A DNA stretch of 64,000 nucleotides, taken from Basidiobolus meristosporus CBS 931.73 (taxonomy: Eukaryota; Fungi; Basidiobolomycota). How positions within the stretch are numbered: the stretch's first letter is position 1; every line of letters begins with the position of its first letter. A program made the translations under genes and the position numbers. The notes below the pieces were generated by a model that worked only from the letters and a program-made list of their open reading frames with translations, made no database searches and was not told the DNA's origin. This document shows, piece after piece, positions 39,468 to 50,000 of this stretch. The DNA is taken from contig MCFE01000442.1 of the NCBI GenBank assembly GCA_002104905.1, positions 1 through 64,000 of the forward strand, written 5' to 3'.

Positions 39468-40799
39468 CTATACGGATTCCAACTGATTCGAATAATTGTT
39501 GGACCAGCCTTTGTGATGAAGGAATCTTGGGAAAGTTTGCTGGAACATCATATCGGTCACTTCTGAGAGTGCCCGATCGAACAGCGTGCTCTCGACCTTT
39601 TCCTGCGTAAGATCATGGCTGATTCTTTGATATGTCTCGCCACGAATATTGATTTCGAAGTCAGCATTTCGGGCTATGAAGGTTTGAAATATTTCGTACG
39701 CCTCCTTGTGGAGCTTGGTACGCATAAGAGGTGTGCATTCGCTGCTTTCAAGGTCCTTCATATCATGGATCCATTGATTCACTCGGCGATAAAACAGCGG
39801 GTTCTCTACGCTGAAGTCGCGAACGCTAAATGCATGGAACTCTTGAAACAGAGAGGAATCCTTCAGGATGTCTTCAAACAAGGGCTGTGCTCCATCTCGC
39901 GTCGGATATGATGCCAAAAAACGGCGTTTCTCGCAAAAAGGAATGGCTACCGCAATGCAGTACATAGACATACACATTAAGGCGTTCCACATTTGGTTTG
40001 GAAACAATCGAAGGAGCGTTTCATTGTGGTTCAATTCGGTGGACAACAGGCATGCAATAGTGCTGACAGCTCCGATGCAGATGTCCCAGAGAACTTCTAC
40101 CTTTATATCGTAGGCGTCCCTAACGCCTCTCAAATAGTATAGCATGACAGGCAGGAGACCCAATGTATAGAGGATGAAGATACCTAGGACAGGGGACCAA
40201 TACCAACCATTAATGCATTCAGCAATAACGATGGTATATTGAGCGCTTTCTTCCGCGTTAAGCAATTGATAATGTATGGCAACAGTCAGGATGACGTGTG
40301 GTACCATCCATAAAAGAATGCATATAACATGGGCCTTGGAAGTGAGCAGGCAGCGTAACCAGCTTCCTTTGGGGAATAGGCTGCGATTCAGGGCTTCTGT
40401 AGTTGTGTTCAAGTATGAGTTTTTCTTGTGTTTTGACTCCTCTCCCAGCACCATACACTCGGGCGAGTATGCGAAGAGGATTTTTTCGGCCCCAAAGCGG
40501 TACAGAATGATTAGTCGAATGTGCTTCACAAGAGTAGTAATAATCCATAAGGGAAGAAAGAGGTACAGCTTCCAAAGGTAAGCAACACACGAGTAATGAG
40601 AGGATAAGGGGCCAGACAGTAAAACGTTAAGAGTCACTATAAGGTTCGATGCCGCATTAACACAGAACAGGGGAACACTGCGATATCGAATGCTCGGGTA
40701 GTTGCGATTTTTTATGAACACACAGGCAGTGGTAAGGACAAATAGAGTCCATACGCATGCTATAATGAGGTATACTATTTGCACCACATCAAAGTTCAT
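39468..40799 (-). CDS. Seven-transmembrane protein fused to a C-terminal RGS domain, intronless
   Basis: Seven hydrophobic segments, then LFEDIL...FQEFHAFSVRDFSVENPLFY...EIFQTFIARNADFEINI...LFDRALSEVTDMM.QQTFPRFL. An upstream in-frame ATG exists at 40853. Confidence 0.85.
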   Translation of the reverse strand: MNFDVVQIVYLIIACVWTLFVLTTACVFIKNRNYPSIRYRSVPLFCVNAASNLIVTLNVLLSGPLSSHYSCVAYLWKLYLFLPLWIITTLVKHIRLIILYRFGAEKILFAYSPECMVLGEESKHKKNSYLNTTTEALNRSLFPKGSWLRCLLTSKAHVICILLWMVPHVILTVAIHYQLLNAEESAQYTIVIAECINGWYWSPVLGIFILYTLGLLPVMLYYLRGVRDAYDIKVEVLWDICIGAVSTIACLLSTELNHNETLLRLFPNQMWNALMCMSMYCIAVAIPFCEKRRFLASYPTRDGAQPLFEDILKDSSLFQEFHAFSVRDFSVENPLFYRRVNQWIHDMKDLESSECTPLMRTKLHKEAYEIFQTFIARNADFEINIRGETYQRISHDLTQEKVESTLFDRALSEVTDMMFQQTFPRFLHHKGWSNNYSNQLESV

Positions 40800-41619
40800 T
40801 GAATGAAAGAAATTGTGGTAGTGTAGAGAACGGGGGTGTAATATGTCACGCATGCCGTCATTCTTTATATAGCCTAGTTATGTTGCAGATCAACCAGTAG
40901 CCGTATTTGAATGTAGAATGATGCAATACAAAAAGTTAAATTGTTGGCACCGCTTTCTCCGTCAATAAGCACTTTGCTGAACCACATGGCGATCGAGTAC
41001 AAGCAGCACAGCTGGAATTGGAAGAAATTAAAATCTTCACCTAGGAATGGAAATACGAGAAATAGATTTCCTGAGTAAAGTGGGATATAACGTGTAAAGT
41101 TTCCGACTGTATCACTAGTCATGAGTGAGGATGTATAGACGACATCTGATAGCCCAAGTGGTGTTAAAAATCACGAATGAGATCATACGAGTCCATCAGT
41201 GGAATATAGCCACAATTTGAGGCCTAGAATCAGTGCCACCCTATATCTCTAGACACTTGGAAACATCGATATTTTCCCCCAATCCACTAGGATTCAACCG
41301 AGTCAGCCGGGGAGAATCCTCGGGGTTTTTACTAGGTTACACACAAGAGAAAGCACTTCAATATATCTATTTGCACCCAGTCTAGTATTCTTGATTACTA
41401 TACTAAGCTTCGCTAACTTTATACAAAATTGGGATGTGGTCGCTTAGAGTAATGCTGGTTTCTTGCTCAGAATTCGACATATCGTAAGCAATTTACCCAC
41501 AATTCGTTTATTCGCGAATATCTTTTCTTTTTACCCAAAATAGATGAATGCTACCCTATGTTTATTAAGCCGAATTTTCTACCCGTTGCCTTTTCATATT
41601 GTCCAACTTCTACAGCTAC

Positions 41620-44600
41620 ATGGAAGGCTCACATCCAGAAAAAATTGCTGATCGTGAGATAGAAACCCCACCAGTGGGTGTCATTCCTCCACCTGAAAAC
41701 AGCAATTTGGATGGCCAACAGGCAGCTTCACACACTGAAGGCGATTCAAATCAAGCTGTGGATGAGGAAACACTCAGACATTTGGAGCGCATAAAGAATG
41801 GAAGAGTTCTCTCCTTGGAAAAGAAGATTGCTGCAAATTCTTTTGACACTGAAGCGTGGCAATCATTGTTGGCTGAGGCCCACTTAATTGGCGATATTAA
41901 ACTGATCAGAGATTGTTACGAACGTTTCCTGAAGCAATTTCCAACTTCGGTAAGTCAAGCGCTCACTTTGGTGAGAGTCATAACGTGTATTTCTCGAAAA
42001 AAAATAAATCACTGTTGGCTCCCTACGGCTGAAACAGTAGGCGGTTTAAACCCAGACTTGTCTAGTTGGTACACTTTAAAATACTACACAATTGTTTTAC
42101 CACATTTCCGAGAGTAGACGCTTATTAGCACATGCAGACTTGAGCTTTTTTTAGTAGAGATACACTTGCACGTTATGATTCTTACCTGCCTTTCTTACAC
42201 TCTCCAGCTTTCCACCGGGACCTTTTTCTAATCCGTGAATTTTATTCTTTCCTAGTCTCGCCACTGGATCACCTATGCCGAATTTGAACTTAACCACAAC
42301 AACTATGCCAACGTGGAATCCATCTTCACACGCTGTCTTAGATCGGTCCCTTCGCTTGACTTGTGGAGGTTTTACCTGAATTATATACGTCGCATGAATA
42401 GTGGAGAAAACGGCTCCGCAGCTGGGCCTGATGTCAGAGCTGTAGTGGGGAAAGCTTATGAGTTTGTTTTGCAGCATATCGGGATAGACAAAGAAGCAGG
42501 CCCTATCTGGAGTGATTATATTTTTTTCCTGCGCACTGGAGAGGTATATTCTCTTGTGTCGGACCCAGTGAACTTCTTCGTATCAACTCTATTCTTTCTA
42601 GACACACAACACTTGGGAGGAGCAGCAAAAGATGGATCTTATGCGTAAAACCTACCAAAAAGCCATTGCGATCCCGTTGGTCAATGTTGAACACATTTGG
42701 AAGGAGTACGACTCGTTTGAAAACGGACTTAACAAACTTACGGTAATGTCATAATCAGTGAGGATCGGTGGGACTCTTTACTCATTGATCTATATCACGA
42801 TCGTAGGCCAAAAAATTCCTTGCCGAAAGATCTCCGTCATATATGACTGCGAGAACTGCGTTGCGAGAAATGCGCACCATCACCGACACGTTTGCTAAGA
42901 ACGTTCTTCCCCAACCTCCTCAATGGACCGACAGAGAAATCCAACAGGTAGTCTTGGAATATTGGCGGAACAAGCACTCTTTACTGAAAACCCTTTAGTT
43001 AGAAGCATGGAAACATTACTTGACTTGGGAGCGATCGAATCCACTACAGTTGGAAGACAAGGGTGCCTTGAGTGCCCGTGTCATATATGCCTACAAACAA
43101 GCACTCATAGCATTGCGGTTTTATCCCGAGATATGGTAATATCCATTCACTCCTAATTGGGTATGCCACTTTGATCGGTAACATTAAGATTCCTCGTACC
43201 CCAGGTATGATTTGGCCATTTACTGTGCTGAGAATGGGAAAACCGAAGAGGCGATAACGCATCTAAAAGCCAGTATCGAGGTTATACCCACTAGGTAATG
43301 CGAATATGTAGAAGCGTTTGAGCGCAATGTTATTGATAAGCTCCTTTTAGCTTGCTGCTACACTTCGCGTATTGCGAGCTAGAAGAGTCCAGGAAAAACA
43401 ACGCGCGAGCTCGGGAACTTTACGAGGCGCTATTGAAGAACATTGAAAAGCATATGGAGGAGATTCGTGCTTCTGGAGCACAGGAAATCAATGCACTGGT
43501 TCAAACACTTGCCTCTCAGGGTAATGAGATTGAAGAAGATACCGAAAGAGAGCGGGATGGTGAAGATAGGGAGCGGTTAAGAGTAAAGGAGCGTAACACC
43601 GAGAAACAAAAGGCAAAAGTAGAAGCCCGGGTAGAGAAGGCTCTGCTAAGTGTGAAGAAAGCCTATACACTAGTGTGGATCATGTTCATGAAATACGCTC
43701 GTCGTGCGGAGGTACCTATCTTTGATAAAGTATGCTATGACCTAAGTAGTCTAAACAACCGGCTGCCTTCCAGGGGATCAAAGCAGCCAGACAAATCTTC
43801 AGCCGAGCCAGAAAGGCAGCCGATACCACATACCATTTATTCATCAGTTCCGGTATGTTGAGCCTATGGTGATGTTTGGAAGTCTGATGAATTGACTCGA
43901 TTCATATAGCACTTATGGAGTATTACTGCAGTAAGGATCAAAATATTGCAGGCAAGATCTTTGAGCTTGGGCTCAAAACTTATGCCGTTGAACCGGGCTA
44001 CGTACTTCAGTACTTGGAATACTTGATACAAATGAATGATGATAACAGTAGGTCACCTTCATGACAAACCATCCACCACACCCTACTGATCGATGCAGAT
44101 ATTCGGGCTTTATTTGAGAGAGCGCTTACATCATTGTCTTCCGAACAAGCTGTGGACATCTGGAAAAAATTCACCGACTATGAAAACAAATATGGCGATT
44201 TAACCTCGGTGCAAAAGATCGAGCGGCGTATGACTGAAACGTATACTTCTGGTATGAGTCCAGTGCGACCTTAGTTCGATACTCCCCATCATTGATGTTT
44301 GCGATAATTCAGAAACTGCGCTCGGGAGGTTTGTTGATAGATATAGTTACTTGGATATCAATTACATAACCGAGAGTGAACTGGGAATCAGTAAGTGAAG
44401 CACTATCTACTTCTCCCGTCATCCACAGTATTTATCAGTTACTTTTAGTGCCCGGCGATGACAAGAAGAGCAAATCACGAAGCCTCTTGTTGAAAAACAT
44501 TGAGCCTATGATGGTCGAGCGATCAAAGGACCTCAATGCACGACAGCATGGTAGAAGGGCATTGCTAGATCCTATCCATCCAGAAAGGTACCCACGTCCG

Positions 44601-45319
44601 GACTTCAATCAGTGGACATCATACAAGCCACCTGTGGATTCGCTACGCCGTGGACAGTCTGGAGCCAGGGGTCAATCGCCACTACCCACTGCCCCTAGTG
44701 GCGCGTCAGCACCTGCGGGCAATTCTGCTCGTGCAGTTATTCCACCAGGCGTACCTGATGCCGTTGGGTATTTTATGGCCCAACTCCCACCTGCTCAAAC
44801 TTACAACGGTATGATTGCAAGGGTCGGTCGGTGATGGAATTTGTGCTTACTAATATGTTCAAATAGGGCCCATAATCAATGTTGATGATCTAATGAATTT
44901 AATTCTCAACACTGTTATTCCTGGTCAATTAAATCCACCCACTGCACCAGCCCATATGAGAGGCGCAACACCTCCAACCGGACCCGCTGGACCACCAACT
45001 GGGCCAATGTATGCTGGCAGAGGTGGACGTGGTGGCAACTTTTCCAAAAGAGTAATAGGTTCTATGCTATGGGATGTCAGCATTGCTAGATCACTCACCT
45101 GTTACATCTAGGGCCGTGGTGCCGGACCAGCCTCAGGTGGCATGAAACGAAAGCCATTAAGAGAACCGGAAAGTAATTATGACGGACCGGACATGTATGG
45201 TGGTAAGTACACTAATTTGCAATTAGATTTATGGCCCCGCTGACATACCTCCACTATTAGGAAAAGGACCGCGTCAACCCCCAACGAAGCGTCACCGTGA
45301 TGGACCAGATATGATATAA
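41620..45319 (+). CDS. RNA14: mRNA 3'-end processing factor Rna14/CstF-77 (HAT repeats, Suf domain), multi-exon
   Basis: [93 protein letters not shown]. Confidence 0.92.
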
Positions 45320-47000
45320 AATGTACACAAAACAAACCTTCCAACATAGCTGATTCACATGCTTTGATAGAGTTAGAGTCTACCGACACTCACTTTACAA
45401 AATAAACCAATCGGTTGAAAAAAGCCAGCAGCCAATTTAGCTCAGATAAGCAGAGAATGAAAGGATCTAAAGAAACCACAAACAAACTTAAAAATATCAA
45501 TCAATCAATCAATAAGGAAAAAAAAGATTGGATGTCAACTAAAATTAAGACTACCGTGAATATGAATGGTCTCCTTTCCCAATGTAAACGAAAATACTCC
45601 GACTGATTGGTGAGTTGGAATGAATTCAAAACATATAAATAATAGCCAATTAGTAAAGATTCTACCGTTTGATTCTAATTCTAGACTCTCCATCAGAAAC
45701 TTCATACTCTTTATAGAAGAGCGTGGATTGATCGAAAGATTTGCGATGTTCGGCAAGCTTACATCTGATGCACTTGGTCAAGTTTGTTTAGTGCCTTCCC
45801 AATCAGGTCCAGTGGTAAGTATAAGCCACGTTGGGCGAGACGCAGAGAAACGTTCATTCATGGATTTCCATTTCGTGTTACATACTGCATATTTCTCGTA
45901 TTCATTTCCAGTATTCAATGGAATGTATGTTGTATGGTATCTTCAGAAGATCGTGTGTAATTTGTTAACTAACCAAAGATGGTTGAGTTGTTCAAAATTA
46001 GCTGTCCTTGTGCACGGGATCTTCGATTAGATTTGCCTAGTATGGATGGAGGCTTTAAGCTATGTTGACAGCAAAATTCCTTGGAATCCATGATATTTGC
46101 GCTGATTACTTACTACTTCGATCAGGAGTGTACCACCGGCCCTACTCTGTCCTACGCACAAATAATGTGACAATCTATCCAAACACAATGTGGTTTGTTT
46201 CCTATAACATTTCAGGCGACTGATAACAAATAGCACTCCAATTGACAATGAGTTATTTATTTATGCTTTTCGTTTGTTTGTGGTGATATCAAGTTTATCT
46301 TACTTCTTTAGTAGGAAGTCCACCCGCGATTTTTGGGTAATCTATTGGGGGTTGAGATTCATTGGAAAAACCAATGTCACAATGAATAAAAACATCGATT
46401 TCCAGGAATTTTTTGGCCTTTCTGGATACTTCAACTGGCCCGATTAGAGCAAAACCTTGGCGTCCTACATGTATTTCCGGGGAAAGTCTTGAGCCAGACA
46501 GACTTAGGCCTCCCTGTTCACTGCATCAAAGAGCCTGTCGTTATCTACAGACCTGGGGTATGCAGCGTGAGGGCACGTCGACAGTTCAAGCATGTAGATA
46601 ATACAAAGTACAGTGCTTCGTAATTGTTTCTGACGAATGGTCAGAGATCACCATACGAGGAATTGGATCCATCATCATTGGTAAGGAACAATCACGTAGC
46701 GTTCGAGTGCCATCGTTAACATCGCATTTTTTCCTTTTCCATCGACCATTTCTTTTTATGTCCATATTCGTACAAGAAGTTGTTTCTAGCAAGATTTATA
46801 TCAGAGCTAGTAGATGACCCGACATATAAAAGGGCAGACATCCGTTTCTCAATGTTTGGAGTAGGCCGTCATAGACTCAGTATATTTTCCTTCATATAGA
46901 CCCTCTGTTCGACACATCAGTATATTTGTTATCAGCATTGCTTACCTAATTCACCGCCATTATACCCTTTAATAAGTAACTCTCCCACTTTCATACAATC

Positions 47001-50000
47001 ATGGCTGCTGACGAAAGCTCCACACCAAATGGTTCGTCCAGGCCTCCATACCAAGAGTCGTATCATATGCACAATTTCTCTACCGCCGAGGATGGCCATG
47101 GAAGCTATCACGAAGAGCACTCGTATAGAACTCCAGAGCCCAATTACTTGACATACCTATCGGATGATTCGGACTCTGATTATTCCTCAAGTCACATTGC
47201 CCCTGTTGATGGCGAGAGCTCCGTAGTAGGAGCGCTACTGGATTCCCATGAACATCATGTACCTAAGATACCCGCACACATGTCCTATGTAAATAGCGGT
47301 AGCAGCAGTAAAGCTGCTAGCAAAGAGAAGCTCTCGTATCATAGCGATTATGATTCGAATTCTGCCTACAGCGATAGCCTCTATAATGCTAGATCTAATG
47401 GCCCAGGTGCCCGCATGCAAGGCACAAGTATAGACTCGTATAGTGCACCTAGACACGGCACTCTCGGAGATAGTAGATACGCCAAGTACGCACCCTCTTG
47501 TGATTCTCTCGTTGCTCTGCTGGAGACCAAGAAGAACAACCGAAATGAATCCTCTACTAGTATCAATAATTCCCGGAGTTCTTCACGCAACATGTCTCGA
47601 AGCAACTCCTGGTTCTCTGGTGACGGCACGCCTCCACCTGCATTTGATTACAACAACAACTCCCTACCCAGACCTTTCTTTAAGGACGATCCTTACCCAT
47701 CATGGGCCGTCAACCGACACTTGCCAGTGTCCCGCGAGGAAATCAAAGAGATCTTCGCCAGAATGCAAGAATGCTTCGGCTTCCAGGTGGACAATATGCG
47801 GAATCAGTATGATGCCTTAATGGTAATGCTGGATTCTCGCGCATCTCGAATGGCTCCTTATCAGGCGTTGGCTACTGTCCACGCCGACTATATCGGTGGT
47901 GAGAATGCCAATTACAAGAAATGGTATTTCTGCGCACATCTGAACAGGGATAACCCAGAGGAGCGGTCCAAGAGACCCCAGGAGACGAAGAAGAAGAAGA
48001 AAATGGCTTTCAAAAAGCGGGCGGAAGTCTTTGATGGAGATGACATTGAGGCTCAGGATTCCCACGAGTGTGCCGAAGAATCTTGGCGCATTAAGATGGC
48101 CGAGATGTCGCAGCATGATCGTGTTGGCCAGCTTGCTTTGTACCTGATGATCTGGGGTGAAGCGGCCAACATTCGTTTCGTGCCTGAGGCGATCTGCTTT
48201 ATTTTCAAGATTTGCTGGGATTATTACAGCAATCTACAACTCCAGGGCCTAACAACCACACTCCCGGAGGGACATTTCCTTCAGGAAGTCATCACTCCCT
48301 TGTACACATTCATCCGGGACCAATCTTACGACGTTATCCATGGTAAATTGGTCAAGAAAGACAAGGACCACTCCACCACCATCGGCTACGATGATGTGAA
48401 TGAGTTTTTCTGGACGTCCGAGGCGCTCGAGCGGATTGTTCTTGACGACAAGAAGACCGTCCGACTAATGGATTTCTCTCCCACCGAACGTTTCATGAAG
48501 CTGGGTGAGGTCAAATGGGAGCTTGTCTTCCGCAAAACGTACAAGGAGCGTCGAAGCTGGAGTCATTTGTTGGTCAACTTCTCCCGTTTCTGGATTCTCC
48601 ATATCGTCATGTTCTACTTCTACACCATGGGCAATGCTACCTGGCTATACACTAAACATGATGAGAAATCCACTCCTGTTGGTGTTCATCTAGGCATTGT
48701 TGCATTTGGTGGTGCTCTTGCAAGTTTCATTCAGCTTTTGGCCGCCATTTGCGAATATTTCTTCATCCCCCTTCAATGGGTCAGCTCGAAAATCCTGCTC
48801 AGACGAATCGGATTGATTCTTGCTATTCTCATTTTGAATTGTATTGCTGGGGCATACACCGTGATTGTCGACCGCGCTTCACCGATTGCTACCGCCGTTG
48901 GCGTGGTAGGCCTCATCATCGCTGTTTTTACCTTTTGCTACTTTGCCATTGTCCCCAGTAGCCAACTTTTCGCTCGTTTCAACGACAAGGGAAACACCAA
49001 GAACTTCACCAACCGCACCTTTACTAGCAACTTCCCTCGACTCAAAGATGTGGATCGCATGATGTCGATTGGATTGTGGGCCTGTGTGTTCGGATGTAAA
49101 TACATCGAAAGTTACTTCTACTTGGCCCTTTCCTTCAAGGACCCTCTCAAGCATACTGGCCAATATGCTATGGCCCAATGTGCCAAGACCGATACCATGC
49201 TTGTTTGTCAGATTATGAACGGGATCACCCTCTTCTTCATGGTGTTTTTGGATTTGATCCTTTTCTTCTTGGATACTTATCTGTGGTACATTATCATCAA
49301 CTCGCTCTTCAGTGTGGCCCGCTCCTTCTATCTTGGCGTTTCCATCTGGTCGCCATGGAGAAACGTTTTCTCTCGTCTCCCGAAGCGTATCTACACCAAG
49401 ATTTTGTCCATTGATGATATGGAGTTGAAATACCAACCCAAGGTGCTCTGCTCTCAGATCTGGAATGCCATCGTCATCTCGATGTACAGAGATCACTTGC
49501 TCTCGGTTGAACACGTACAGAAGCTCCTCTACCAACAAGTAACCAGCAGTGAAGGCGGCCGTTCCACTCTGAAGGCGCCTAGCTTCTTCATCTCCCACGA
49601 AGACACCTCCTTCAAGACTGAATACTTCCCCAAGGGTAGTGATGCCGAGCGCCGTGTGAGCTTCTTCGCCCAGAGTTTGTCGACTCCACTACCAGAGACC
49701 ATCCCAGTCGAGAACATGCCCACCTTTACTGTGTTTACTCCTCACTACAGCGAAAAGATCATTCTTTCCCTGCGTGAGGTAATTCGTGAGGAAGACAGAA
49801 ACTCCAAGATCACCCTGTTGGAATACCTGAAAAAGCTTTACCCTGCCGAATGGGAAAACTTCGTCAACGACACCAAGGTGCTTGCCGAAGAAAATAACAT
49901 GTACCCCTCTGATAACGAAGCATCCTTCCAAACCAACAAGAGCACGAGCAAGCGAAGACTTGAGGAATTGCCACTGCATTGTGTTGGATTCAAGACCTCT

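Noticed and set aside
41950-42255. Intronic snoRNA in the long RNA14 or RPL23 introns
   Set aside because: No convincing C/D box pair with terminal stem or H/ACA two-hairpin layout could be identified by eye; not excluded without a covariance search.
45400-46900. Splice-like signals and short ORFs between RNA14 and FKS1
   Set aside because: Could not assemble a stop-free or recognisable protein; possible decayed gene but unsupported.
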